From contig JBFYSV010000202.1 in NCBI GenBank assembly GCA_041301185.1, forward strand, positions 8,620 through 72,619: 64,000 nucleotides of DNA, in the 5' to 3' direction. Within the stretch, counting starts at the first letter, position 1, and every line of letters begins with the position of its first letter. The notes beneath the pieces were generated by a model. It ran no database searches. It was not told the origin of the DNA and worked only from the letters and a program-made list of their open reading frames with translations. This DNA comes from Anaerolineae bacterium. Lineage in GTDB: Bacteria; Chloroflexota; Anaerolineae; Anaerolineales; UBA4823. A program made the position numbers and the translations under genes. Shown here piece by piece: positions 1-9,626 of this stretch.

Positions 1-108
1 TCTCGCGGCAACCTATACTCTCCAAACATACCTGGATGCCCAGTCAACTGGATGATATACCCAGCCACACCAGGCTTAACTCGAGAACCTTAGTTCACCT
101 TACCCACG

Positions 109-1248
109 ATGAATAAACAAAAATCATTGATTGGCAGTTGCGTGATCCTGATTCTCGTCGGAGTGTGCGTATTCATAGCTCTTGCCGGCAGCATTCTATT
201 GAGTGTCCAAAATCGCGCCACTCAGGCATTTGGGGAGCCAGTTAGCGGCCTTAACCGGCAACAGCGGATTTATTTATCTATGCAATTAATGCTTCAAGAG
301 AAAGACCTGATTTTTCCGGCGCAACCCTTGACCGATCCCCAGCCATTTAGGATTGAACTTGGTGAAGCAACCGCCTCCATCTTGCAACGCCTTGAGATAG
401 AAGGTTTTATCCCAAGCGCAGCAGCCCTGCGTACATACATGGTGTATAAAGGCATAGACACCACCTTACAGGCAGGAGATTACCAAATCAGTCCAAGCAT
501 GACACCCATTGAGATTGCATACGCTCTACAAGATGCTGTTCCATCTAGTGTAAATTTTTCGATATTGGCAGGCTGGCGTTTAGAGGAGATTGCACAGTCA
601 CTACCGACCTCAGGTTTGAACATCACTCCCAACGAGTTTTTGATCGCCGCCCGCTCTGGAACATATCCAACCTCACCTTCGTACTTTGTTCCTGCCAGCG
701 CTTCCCTGGAAGGGTTTTTATATCCAGACACCTACCAGTTTCGTCGTGATGTTCCTGTAAATGAATTTATCAACACCATCCTGGGAAATTTTAATCAGAA
801 ACTGACTGCCGATATCCAGCAAGGATATAACCGCCAGGGGCTGACCCCCTATGAAGGAGTAATATTAGCATCGATTGTTGAGCGAGAGGCTGTCGTACCC
901 GAGGAGATGCCCCTGATCGCCTCAGTATTCCTCAATCGCCTGGCTATCGATATGAAACTAGACAGCGATCCAACTGTCCAATATGCCATCGGATTCAATC
1001 AAGCTCAGAAAACGTGGTGGACCAATCCCCTCAGCCTGGACGACCTGCGAGTCGATTCCCAGTATAATACATACCGATACCCGGGCTTTCCTCCAGGACC
1101 GATCGCCAACCCGAGCCTGGATGCACTGAAGGCTGTTGCCTTTCCGGCACAAACTCCCTATTATTACTTCCGTGCAGCATGCGATAACTCTGGAAGGCAC
1201 CTCTTTGCTGAGACCTTTCGAGAACACGTGGAGAATGAGTGTCCATAA
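109..1248 (+). CDS. mltG: Endolytic murein transglycosylase MltG (YceG-like)
   Basis: 379-aa ORF with an N-terminal TM helix followed by a YceG-like domain. It carries 'LDSDPTVQYA' and 'YNTYRYPGFPPGPIANPS' motifs typical of MltG. Confidence 0.85.
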   Translation: MNKQKSLIGSCVILILVGVCVFIALAGSILLSVQNRATQAFGEPVSGLNRQQRIYLSMQLMLQEKDLIFPAQPLTDPQPFRIELGEATASILQRLEIEGFIPSAAALRTYMVYKGIDTTLQAGDYQISPSMTPIEIAYALQDAVPSSVNFSILAGWRLEEIAQSLPTSGLNITPNEFLIAARSGTYPTSPSYFVPASASLEGFLYPDTYQFRRDVPVNEFINTILGNFNQKLTADIQQGYNRQGLTPYEGVILASIVEREAVVPEEMPLIASVFLNRLAIDMKLDSDPTVQYAIGFNQAQKTWWTNPLSLDDLRVDSQYNTYRYPGFPPGPIANPSLDALKAVAFPAQTPYYYFRAACDNSGRHLFAETFREHVENECP

Positions 1249-1297
1249 CTTAATCCACTGAATCTCTTTATCCGTATTGAATAGAAATAAATAGATT

Positions 1298-2587
1298 GTG
1301 AGGAAATTTATGACCCGCAAAAATATACCCATACCAATATGGCTTATAGTACTGATAGGAGCAGCCTTATTGGTAATAATTTCCACCAGAAATGCAATAG
1401 CTAAACCAGAGATTGCGATCCCAGCGATAGATTTCCAGGAAGCCGTCAGCGAGCTAGATTACCCCGTCCACCTGACCCATGCAGGTGACGGCAGTGGGCG
1501 GCTCTTTATCGTGGAGCAACCCGGACGGATTCTAATCGACCTTAATGGCCTGGTTGGTATCCCATTTTTAGATATTCGAGACCGTGTCCGCTCCCCGCGA
1601 ACAGGCGATGGAACTGAGGAGGGACTGCTAAGCGTGGCGTTTCCGCCCGGCTTTGGCTCTACCAAGGACCACTTTTATGTGTATTACACTAACAATGCGG
1701 GCGATAATCAGGTGTCTCGCTTCAGTTTGAGCACAATCCCAGAACAAGCCGACCCGGCGAGTGAAGAGTTGATCCTGTACCTGGATCATCCTGACCAATC
1801 CAATCACAACGGTGGACAGCTTGCGTTCGGACCAGATGGATACCTGTACATCGGTACTGGAGATGGCGGCGGGGGTGGTGACCCGGATGATAATGCCCAA
1901 GATCCGGCTTCCTTACTTGGCAAGCTCTTGCGGATCGATGTGGAGATGGAGACACAACCTAGTTTCGCTGCTACACACTTTATATATCTTCCTCTCGCCT
2001 CCCAAGGAATTGCCACTTCTCCATTGGCTTACCGGATACCACCTACCAATCCTTTTGTCGGATTGGCGGGTTACCGACCAGAAATTTGGGCACTTGGTTT
2101 GCGGAATCCCTGGCGTTTCTCCTTCGATATATCTACAGGTGACCTGTTCATTGGAGATGTCGGGCAAAGTCAGCTGGAAGAGATCGACTTCCAGGATGCA
2201 GACAGCCCAGGCGGTGAAAATTACGGTTGGAATCTTATGGAGGGAAGCGAGTGTTATCTAAACCTTCCCTGTGATCCAACCCAGTACGTGCTCCCTGTGT
2301 ATGATTATTCGCACACCAGCGATAATTGTTCGGTATCTGCGGGTCAGGTCTACCGTGGAACCGATTATCCCGCTTTGCAAGGTATATTCTTCTTCGCAGA
2401 TTTTTGCTCTGGTCGTATCTGGGGCATGCAGAACAACGGCACTGGCTGGGATGTTCAGGAGCTCGCCAGTGGCGAGTTTATTTATGGAATCTCCAGTTTT
2501 GGGTTGGATGAAAATGGAGAGCTTTACCTGGTGTACCGCCGGGCAGATCAAGGAGCGATATACAGAATCCTGCAGTCTAACCCATAG
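1298..2587 (+). CDS. Soluble glucose/sorbosone dehydrogenase-family (PQQ-dependent sugar dehydrogenase) beta-propeller protein
   Basis: 429-aa ORF with an N-terminal hydrophobic anchor. 'HNGGQLAFGPDGYLYIGTGDGGGGGDP' and 'GLRNPWRFSFD' motifs are characteristic of the GSDH family. Confidence 0.8.
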   Translation: MRKFMTRKNIPIPIWLIVLIGAALLVIISTRNAIAKPEIAIPAIDFQEAVSELDYPVHLTHAGDGSGRLFIVEQPGRILIDLNGLVGIPFLDIRDRVRSPRTGDGTEEGLLSVAFPPGFGSTKDHFYVYYTNNAGDNQVSRFSLSTIPEQADPASEELILYLDHPDQSNHNGGQLAFGPDGYLYIGTGDGGGGGDPDDNAQDPASLLGKLLRIDVEMETQPSFAATHFIYLPLASQGIATSPLAYRIPPTNPFVGLAGYRPEIWALGLRNPWRFSFDISTGDLFIGDVGQSQLEEIDFQDADSPGGENYGWNLMEGSECYLNLPCDPTQYVLPVYDYSHTSDNCSVSAGQVYRGTDYPALQGIFFFADFCSGRIWGMQNNGTGWDVQELASGEFIYGISSFGLDENGELYLVYRRADQGAIYRILQSNP

Positions 2588-2623
2588 CTACAACACCGAT
2601 AATGGGATTCACCAAATAGAAAT

Positions 2624-5197
2624 CTAAGCACCCGGTTGGAGTGGAATATGGTTATCCGCGACGGGGAGAGCAGAGGAGTTCTTATTCTGGTTTTCCAGCT
2701 GGTCTCCAGTCACCTGCTCTTCTTCTACTTTGGGCTTCCGCCGCGCCCGCACCGCTTTGGGTCTGGAGGGTACAGCCACAAGAGCAATCTCCAGCACCTG
2801 ATCCATATGCTCTACGGGCACAATCTTGATTTCACTCCGTGCTCGTTTTGGGATATCGACCAGGTCTTTCATATTTCGTTTTGGAAGTATAACGATCTTC
2901 AATCCCGCCCGGTGGGCTGCTAGCACCTTCTCGCGGACACCACCCACAGGCAGCACCCTGCCCCGCAGGGTGATCTCGCCCGTCATGCCGACATCCCTCT
3001 GCACTGCTCGACCGGTAAATGCCGACGCCAGAGCTGTCGCGATGGTAATGCCTGCACTGGGCCCATCTTTCGGAATTGCACCCTCCGGAATATGGATATG
3101 AATATCCACCTGGTCGAAAATTTCCGGGTCTAGCCTGAATTCACGCGAGCGAGATTTCAGATATGATAGCGCTGCATGTGCTGATTCTTGCATCACATTC
3201 CCAATTTGACCGGTGATTTGAAGGTTACCTTTACCCTCCAGCAGCAAGATCTCAACGGGCATGATCTCGCCGCCATTTTCAGTCCATGCTACGGCCGTAG
3301 CCACTCCGATTTCGTTCTGACGTTCCGCCTCCAGGTTAAAGAATTGGGGTGGTCCAAGAAACCGCTCAATAGCTGATGCACCAACCAAATCCGGATATCT
3401 TTTTTCCTCTGCCTTCAATCTGGCAATTTTGCGGCACACCCGACCAATTTCGCGTTCCAGATTTCTTACCCCTGCTTCATACGTGTATTCCCGGATTATC
3501 CGCTGTAACGCCTGGAGCGATAAGCGGACCTCGTTCTCGCCTAATCCGTTCTCTTCCAGCTGGCGAGGGATTAAAAATCGCTCGGCAATAGCCAGTTTCT
3601 CCTCTTCGATGTATCCGGGAAATTCGATCACTTCCATCCTGTCCAACAGGGCTAGCGGGATGGTCATCATCGTATTGGCGGTGGTAATAAACATTACCCG
3701 GGAGAGATCATAAGGCAACTCAAGATAATGGTCCGAAAACGAATAGTTTTGTTCCGGATCCAATACTTCTAACAGGGCTGCGGCGGGATCACCCCGAAAG
3801 TCAAGACCCAGCTTATCGACCTCATCCAGCATAAATAACGGGTTTACTGTATTTGCCCGGCGCATGGTCTGCAAAATACGCCCTGGCAGCGCTCCAATAT
3901 ATGTGCGGCGATGACCGCGTATCTCGGCCTCATCACGAACACCACCCAATGAAAGACGCACAAATTTACGACCCAAAGCCTCCGCAATCGAGCGTCCCAG
4001 AGATGTTTTCCCCGTCCCTGGCGGGCCTATAAAACACAAAATTGGCTGGCGTAATTTCTTTGGCTTAAGACTCCGTACAGCAATATATTCTAGTATCCGC
4101 TCTTTTGCACGCGGCAAACCGTAATGATCTCGCTCAAGGACCTTCCCGGCATGTTTCACATCCAGATTGTCTTCCGTCGTGTCTGCCCAGGGTAGCTCCA
4201 GGATCCACTCCACGTACGAGCGGATAATCCCAACTTCAGGCGACATCGGCGGCATCTGAGAGAGACGGTCTATCTCTTTCAGGGCGCGTACCTGAACTTC
4301 TTCCGGCAAGATGGCACTTTCCACCCGCGTGCGCAATTCCTGAATTTCTCGCGTCCAGATATCCCCTTCCCCGAGCTCCGTCTGGATCGCCTTCATTTGC
4401 TCCCGAAGGTAGAACTCGCGCTGCGACCGGTCAACTTCACTCTGGGCGCGGGTGTGGATTTCGTCTTCTAATTCCAGGACATCTACTTCACTGGCAAGCA
4501 GCTTGATGACCCGCTGCAACCTTTCCAGCGGATCAATAGTCTCCAGCAGGATTTGCCTTTCTTCCAAAGTCGGCGCTACCGCGGTGACAATCATGTCAGA
4601 TAGCCAGGCAGGATCATCGATATTGAGCGCATACAGATACGCTTCTTCCGGCAGGCTTCTGTCGAGCTGAACACATTTCTGAAATAGCTCCAATGCGGTG
4701 CGCATGGTCGCATCTACCTGCCGGTCAACCTCAACCACCTCGTAGATCGGTCTGGCCCGCACGCGCTGGTAAGGCTCCAGCTGGGTGAACTCAACAATCT
4801 GAACCCGGCGCCTGCCCTGCACAAGCGCAGAGCTAGAGCCATCCGGCATGCTAAGCAAACGTCCTACCGCCAATTCCACCCCGATAGTTATAAAATCTCC
4901 CGGTTCAGGGTCATCTACATCGGGATCGCGTTGGGTCAAAGCGATCACAGTAGTGTCATTCACCTGCGCTTCTTCAATCGCGAGCAAGGATGTTTCGCGA
5001 CCGACAAAAATGGGTGATACCATGTGTGGAAATACCACCAGGTCTCGCAGGGGTAAAACAGGACATTCGATCAGCCCGTCCTCATCTAATTCTGCGTCTG
5101 GAACACTATAAAGCTCTTCGGTCCGGCGATGAAGAGCCTCTCCGAAGTTATCATCATCGTCGCCTAAATACCAATCATTATCGCGCATTTCTCTCAT
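2624..5197 (-). CDS. lon: ATP-dependent Lon protease
   Basis: 857-aa ORF with a LON substrate-binding N-domain, AAA+ Walker A 'GPPGTGKTS' and the C-terminal protease motif 'KDGPSAGIT'. Confidence 0.95.
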   Translation of the reverse strand: MREMRDNDWYLGDDDDNFGEALHRRTEELYSVPDAELDEDGLIECPVLPLRDLVVFPHMVSPIFVGRETSLLAIEEAQVNDTTVIALTQRDPDVDDPEPGDFITIGVELAVGRLLSMPDGSSSALVQGRRRVQIVEFTQLEPYQRVRARPIYEVVEVDRQVDATMRTALELFQKCVQLDRSLPEEAYLYALNIDDPAWLSDMIVTAVAPTLEERQILLETIDPLERLQRVIKLLASEVDVLELEDEIHTRAQSEVDRSQREFYLREQMKAIQTELGEGDIWTREIQELRTRVESAILPEEVQVRALKEIDRLSQMPPMSPEVGIIRSYVEWILELPWADTTEDNLDVKHAGKVLERDHYGLPRAKERILEYIAVRSLKPKKLRQPILCFIGPPGTGKTSLGRSIAEALGRKFVRLSLGGVRDEAEIRGHRRTYIGALPGRILQTMRRANTVNPLFMLDEVDKLGLDFRGDPAAALLEVLDPEQNYSFSDHYLELPYDLSRVMFITTANTMMTIPLALLDRMEVIEFPGYIEEEKLAIAERFLIPRQLEENGLGENEVRLSLQALQRIIREYTYEAGVRNLEREIGRVCRKIARLKAEEKRYPDLVGASAIERFLGPPQFFNLEAERQNEIGVATAVAWTENGGEIMPVEILLLEGKGNLQITGQIGNVMQESAHAALSYLKSRSREFRLDPEIFDQVDIHIHIPEGAIPKDGPSAGITIATALASAFTGRAVQRDVGMTGEITLRGRVLPVGGVREKVLAAHRAGLKIVILPKRNMKDLVDIPKRARSEIKIVPVEHMDQVLEIALVAVPSRPKAVRARRKPKVEEEQVTGDQLENQNKNSSALPVADNHIPLQPGA

Positions 5198-5222
5198 CGG
5201 TTACTCCAAATCTAGCACAGGA

Positions 5223-6602
5223 TTATTCGGATTGCGAGCCTGTAGTCCGTGCCAGCCACGCTTCGCGTGCCCCAGCAGCGATAAAAATACTGCCTGTTGC
5301 CAATACCGGTTTCTCACCTGCAGCGATACTCAAGGCTTCGTTCAGGGCATCTGCCACGTCGGGTACGATCCTTGCGGGACGCCCAAACTGGTGGGCAATC
5401 TCGACCAGCTTTTCTGGCTCGATCGCCCGGGGATGATAGGAGCGGGTCGCTATCACTTCGCAGATGCGCGGCATTAGCTCAACAAACATTCCATGGATAT
5501 CCTTATCTTCCGAAGCACCAAACATCAGGATCACCGGCTGACCGGGAAAGTAATCATCCAGAGCCAATCTTAGCTTGCGGGCTGAGTCACGATTATGAGC
5601 GCAATCAATCACTACGGGTGGAACCTGGCGCAGTACTTCGAATCTTCCAGGCCAGATTGTGTTGGCGAAACCCCGATGGATGGCAGCATCACTGATCGGC
5701 AAAGCTTTTTCAGCAAATACTTGTAACGCGGCATAAGCCGTAGCTGCATTCGTGATCTGGTGGTAACCAAGCAGGGGGATAGTCAGATGGTTAGGTTCCC
5801 ATTCCAGCATTTCACCAGATTGGATATACTCATCCACTTGAGGTTGTTCACCAGGTGTCCATACTTGCATAGTCTGTCCCGATAATGATCGCGAGATATC
5901 TCTGTAAAGATACTCCCTGCCAACGAGAGTGATTGGCGCGCCTCGTTGCTCGGCAATCTTTTCAATCACCAGCAGCGCTTCATCTTGCTGGGGTGATACA
6001 ACCACAGGTACGCCCGGCTTAATAATCCCGCATTTTTCTCCAGCAATTTCTGCCAGGGTATTGCCAAGCAGAAACATATGATCGTAGGAGAGTGAGGTAA
6101 TCACCGATACAACCGGAATCACCACGTTGGTCGCATCCAGCCGGCCACCCAATCCCACTTCAATCACCGCCACATCCACTTTTTGGCGTGAGAAGTACAG
6201 AAAAGCCAGGGCAGTTGTGATCTCAAAAGTGGTTATTTGGGGAATCGTCTCCAGGACTGGTTTGATTTCCTCGACCAACGCAACCAATTCCTCATGGGGT
6301 ATCGAATGACCATCGATCTGGATCCGCTCGGCATAGTCATGAAGATGAGGCGATGTATAAAGTCCCGTCCGGTATCCTTCTGAGGTGAGCACACTTTGGC
6401 ACATTGCAGCAACAGAGCCCTTACCCTTCGTCCCGGCAACATGGATGATGGCGGAAGTGCGCTCAGGGTGTTGCAGCTGCTCAACAAGCGCCTGCATACG
6501 CGCCAGGTCAAACTGCTCGGCAGAATATCTGGTGGCCTTTGTCAGGCTGAAATCGACAAAACTATACAAATAATCCAGGGTTTCCTGGTAGCTGTCACCC
6601 AT
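5223..6602 (-). CDS. folC: Folylpolyglutamate synthase / dihydrofolate synthase
   Basis: 459-aa ORF with Mur-ligase family P-loop 'HVAGTKGKGS'. The N-terminus 'ETLDYLYSF' is typical of FolC. Confidence 0.85.
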   Translation of the reverse strand: MGDSYQETLDYLYSFVDFSLTKATRYSAEQFDLARMQALVEQLQHPERTSAIIHVAGTKGKGSVAAMCQSVLTSEGYRTGLYTSPHLHDYAERIQIDGHSIPHEELVALVEEIKPVLETIPQITTFEITTALAFLYFSRQKVDVAVIEVGLGGRLDATNVVIPVVSVITSLSYDHMFLLGNTLAEIAGEKCGIIKPGVPVVVSPQQDEALLVIEKIAEQRGAPITLVGREYLYRDISRSLSGQTMQVWTPGEQPQVDEYIQSGEMLEWEPNHLTIPLLGYHQITNAATAYAALQVFAEKALPISDAAIHRGFANTIWPGRFEVLRQVPPVVIDCAHNRDSARKLRLALDDYFPGQPVILMFGASEDKDIHGMFVELMPRICEVIATRSYHPRAIEPEKLVEIAHQFGRPARIVPDVADALNEALSIAAGEKPVLATGSIFIAAGAREAWLARTTGSQSE

Positions 6603-6768
6603 AGCGGAGGCATTGTAACCTTTTGCCGGAGTCTATGCAAGAGGCAAGCCAATCGTAAAATGGGTCTTGAAGTATACCAGTAGCTCTGGATAGCAGGTAT
6701 TAAACCAGCATGAGAGGAATGCCAGTCTTTTCCTCCTTGAAAAACCTGCGTGGTAAAATGTCAAGACA

Positions 6769-7431
6769 GTGCTACCAAAATTGATAAAGATGCTTACTGG
6801 CATATTGCTTCTACTTTTTACCCTGGTTTTGGCCACCTTTTTAGCTCCGCGCCTGGTGACATTTATTTATTCATATCCACGCATCGTACAGCCGGAGGAG
6901 GCGCCCGACAAACGCGTGGCAATCGTATTTGGTGCCGGGTTATTACGAGACGGCAGCCCTACCGCGGTGCTCGGAGACCGGGTGAGGACTGCCGCAAAGC
7001 TCTATCAGGAGGGAAGAGTAGAAAAGCTCCTGATGAGCGGCGACAACTCCTCGATTTATTATAATGAACCTGAATCAATGCGCCAGTACGCCTTGAGTCT
7101 GGGGATACCGGATGAGGCGATTGTCTTAGATTACGCCGGTCGGCGTACCTATGACACCTGCTATCGTGCCCAGAAGGTCTTCGGTCTGGAGGAAGTAATC
7201 TTGGTCACCCAGAAATTTCATCTACCGCGAGCCATCTATACCTGTAATCAACTCGGGTTACCTGCAATTGGTGTGCCTGCAGACCAGCGCGAGTACAGGC
7301 AACGCTCGCTGATGTTTTGGAATCTGCGTGAAACTGCTGCTACATTGGTAGCACTTTGGGAAATACACTACTCCAAACCTGAACCTATCCTTGGAGACCC
7401 TGAACCGATCTTCCCCCTGGAGGCACAATGA
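6769..7431 (+). CDS. DUF218 / SanA(YdcF)-family membrane-anchored protein
   Basis: 220-aa ORF with an N-terminal TM helix. 'VFGAGL..DGSP', 'LLMSGDNS..YNEPESMRQYALSLGIP' and 'LVTQKFHLPRA' fit the DUF218/SanA pattern. Confidence 0.7.
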   Translation: MLPKLIKMLTGILLLLFTLVLATFLAPRLVTFIYSYPRIVQPEEAPDKRVAIVFGAGLLRDGSPTAVLGDRVRTAAKLYQEGRVEKLLMSGDNSSIYYNEPESMRQYALSLGIPDEAIVLDYAGRRTYDTCYRAQKVFGLEEVILVTQKFHLPRAIYTCNQLGLPAIGVPADQREYRQRSLMFWNLRETAATLVALWEIHYSKPEPILGDPEPIFPLEAQ

Positions 7432-7991
7432 ACCGGAATATGGCGATGGATATTGTGCAGGAATTTGTTAAGAATGATAACCTTGTCCGGCATATGCTGT
7501 CCGTTGAAGCTGCTATGCGTTATTATGCCGAAAAGTATGGTCAAGATGTAGAAATCTGGGGAATGACAGGCCTTTTGCACGATTTCGACTGGGAGATCCA
7601 TCCCACCCTGGAAAACCATCCACAAGCTGGCGCACCCATCCTGCGCTCACGGGATGTGCCAGAGGAGATCGTCAGGGCAATTTTATCCCATGCTGATCAT
7701 ACCGGGGTGCCTCGCCAGAGCCAAATGGAGAAAGCTCTGTACGCCTGCGACGAGATCACCGGGCTGGTTACGGCGGTCGCTTTGGTCCGCCCGTCACGCT
7801 CATTATACGATTTAGAGGCAAAGTCAGTAAAGAAGAAGTGGAAAGACAGGGCCTTTGCAGCAGGAGCCAACCGGGAAGAAATCGAGCGATCCGCTGCTGA
7901 GTTTGGTATCGAACTGTGGGAGCATGTCACCAACGTTATCGTGGCTATGCAGCGCATCGCCCCCCGGCTTGGACTAGATGGAAATCTCTGA
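7428..7991 (+). CDS. HD-domain metal-dependent phosphohydrolase
   Basis: 187-aa ORF with an 'HMLSVEA...GLLHDFDWE' H..HD motif. It overlaps the preceding stop by 4 nt (ATGA). Confidence 0.7.
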   Translation: MNRNMAMDIVQEFVKNDNLVRHMLSVEAAMRYYAEKYGQDVEIWGMTGLLHDFDWEIHPTLENHPQAGAPILRSRDVPEEIVRAILSHADHTGVPRQSQMEKALYACDEITGLVTAVALVRPSRSLYDLEAKSVKKKWKDRAFAAGANREEIERSAAEFGIELWEHVTNVIVAMQRIAPRLGLDGNL

Positions 7992-8000
7992 TGAACAAAA

Positions 8001-8027
8001 GCAGCCCACTTCGTGCAAGTGGGCTGC
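8001..8027. terminator. Stem-loop between convergent genes (candidate bidirectional terminator)
   Basis: GCAGCCCACTT (8001-8011), loop cgtgc, AAGTGGGCTGC (8017-8027): a perfect 11-bp stem. It sits between the HD-protein stop (7991) and the lipoprotein stop (8053). Confidence 0.5.
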
Positions 8028-8052
8028 TGAATAATTAACCCTTTGTGGAAAG

Positions 8053-8514
8053 TTAATTCTCTGACAGGCGGCGAATATCATTGCACTGTTCACCGCATTG
8101 GTCAAGCAGCTTGAATATCTCATCCTTCGCTGGTGATTCGACCAGAATAATCCGCCCATCTTTCATGGTGATCACAATCGGTAACGAAAACCGTTGAAAC
8201 ACTTCAGCTACCTGACCGCTTATCAGCAGGGCTTGTACCTTAGACCATTCGACCTGTTCACCCTCGATGGGTGCAGGATAAGGGTCGTAAGCCACATACT
8301 GGATGGCTGGAGCAGGATAGGCAGCAGGTGCCGATACAGCCGGCGCGGTTGGCTCGGCAGGATCAAGCACAGGCGCACTTTCGACAGTCGGGGATGTTTG
8401 GGCAGCAGGCGTAGGTTCCTGGGTAGGTGTTGCAGTTTGTGCTGAACTACAGCCAGCCAGGACAATCATCAAGATAAGGATGATCCCTGCTGCAAGAATT
8501 GTTCTATTTCGCAT
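8053..8514 (-). CDS. Putative lipoprotein with Pro/Ala/Thr-rich linker, unknown function
   Basis: 153-aa ORF with a signal peptide ending in lipobox 'LAGC'. A low-complexity PA-rich segment and a small C-terminal domain follow. Confidence 0.6.
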   Translation of the reverse strand: MRNRTILAAGIILILMIVLAGCSSAQTATPTQEPTPAAQTSPTVESAPVLDPAEPTAPAVSAPAAYPAPAIQYVAYDPYPAPIEGEQVEWSKVQALLISGQVAEVFQRFSLPIVITMKDGRIILVESPAKDEIFKLLDQCGEQCNDIRRLSEN

Positions 8515-8706
8515 TATGCCTCCTTCATCATAAGCATCAGCGATACACTCGCCTGATTAGCATTGCGCAGAAATTATACTTGACCTTGCAGCACAAAACA
8601 TGAGTATTAATTAATCCCGCGAAATGATTGACTTTCCTGTCAAGTTAAGCTAAACTGAGAGCATACCGGCTATACGAAACAAACGACACCCAATTCAGGA
8701 GGGATA

Positions 8707-9603
8707 ATGTCCCCAGATGCAGCTCCCGTCCATATTACCGAGAAATCGACCCTTACCCCCACCATTAAAGCCTGGCGCATCTACCTCGAAGACCAGGGGA
8801 ACTCAACCCACACGGTCAAGGCTTTCACCGCTGATCTTCGATTGCTCGCATCTTACCTGCAACCAGATCGTGCCCTGGGGAGCATTACCACCACCGACTT
8901 GAATAGTTTTCTGGAGTGGATGCAGGCTGGTCGGGGCGTACCATGTAGTCCAAAGACTCTCTCCCGCCGGATCACTTCCATAAAGGCTTTTTTTCGCTGG
9001 TTACACAAAAATGGGGCTATCCTGGCAGACCCGGCGGAAAAAGTTGTTCAGAAAACCGTGATCAGCCCTCTTCCCGAAGTGCTCACCGAAGAGGAAATCC
9101 GCCTGGTAGTTGATGCAGCCGAAACTCATCGCCACGCCGCCAAGCCGGATACCCGCTACTATACATTGTTAACTCTTCTCCTGAGCACAGGCATCAAAAA
9201 AGGTGAATGCCTGGGACTGAGTCCGGCCCACATCGATCTGGATAATCCGTCCGTTGCGCTTCTTTTCATCCGCTATGCGAACCCGCAAAACCGGTACAAG
9301 GAACGAAAAATCCCCCTGACTGAGGAATGGGTCAAGTCTTATCATGAATATGACTCGCAATACCAGCTTGGCGAGCGGCTGTTCCCCTGGTCGCCTCGCC
9401 GCCTGGAATACTTGCTGGAAGATCTCAGCCAGGAAGCTGGCTTAGAGAAACACCTATCCTTTGACATGTGCCGCTGGACCTGTGCATTGGCGGATTGGAA
9501 ATCTGGGATGGAGCGCGACAAAATCCGCCAGAAATTAGGTGTCTCAAAAGTTCAATGGCGCGAAGTCAGTATGAAATTGGAAAGCCTCGCAAATAAATAT
9601 TGA
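8707..9603 (+). CDS. XerC/XerD-like tyrosine-recombinase-family protein with degenerate catalytic residues
   Basis: 298-aa ORF with an N-terminal SAM-like core-binding domain ('HTVKAFTADLRLLASYL', 'TLSRRITSIKAFFRWL') and a C-terminal integrase fold. By hand alignment, box I Arg appears as Lys (TGIKKGE) and box II reads 'FDMCRWTCA' instead of 'HxLRHxxA'. The Tyr position is Ser ('LGVSKVQWREVS'). Confidence 0.7.
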   Translation: MSPDAAPVHITEKSTLTPTIKAWRIYLEDQGNSTHTVKAFTADLRLLASYLQPDRALGSITTTDLNSFLEWMQAGRGVPCSPKTLSRRITSIKAFFRWLHKNGAILADPAEKVVQKTVISPLPEVLTEEEIRLVVDAAETHRHAAKPDTRYYTLLTLLLSTGIKKGECLGLSPAHIDLDNPSVALLFIRYANPQNRYKERKIPLTEEWVKSYHEYDSQYQLGERLFPWSPRRLEYLLEDLSQEAGLEKHLSFDMCRWTCALADWKSGMERDKIRQKLGVSKVQWREVSMKLESLANKY

Positions 9604-9626
9604 TACTTTTCTAAGCTGACACCAAC

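Noticed and set aside
1-93. Possible 3' end of an upstream gene (frame 1 is open to the TAG at 91-93)
   Set aside because: Only 30 codons are visible and they contain no recognisable motif, so the call cannot be supported.
8515-9626. Integrated mobile element or prophage remnant suggested by an integrase-family gene
   Set aside because: There is no adjacent tRNA, no direct or inverted flanking repeats, and no excisionase, transposase or phage genes. The neighbours are housekeeping genes (moaA, a lipoprotein). The protein itself seems to lack catalytic residues, so it is treated as a domesticated Xer-like protein.
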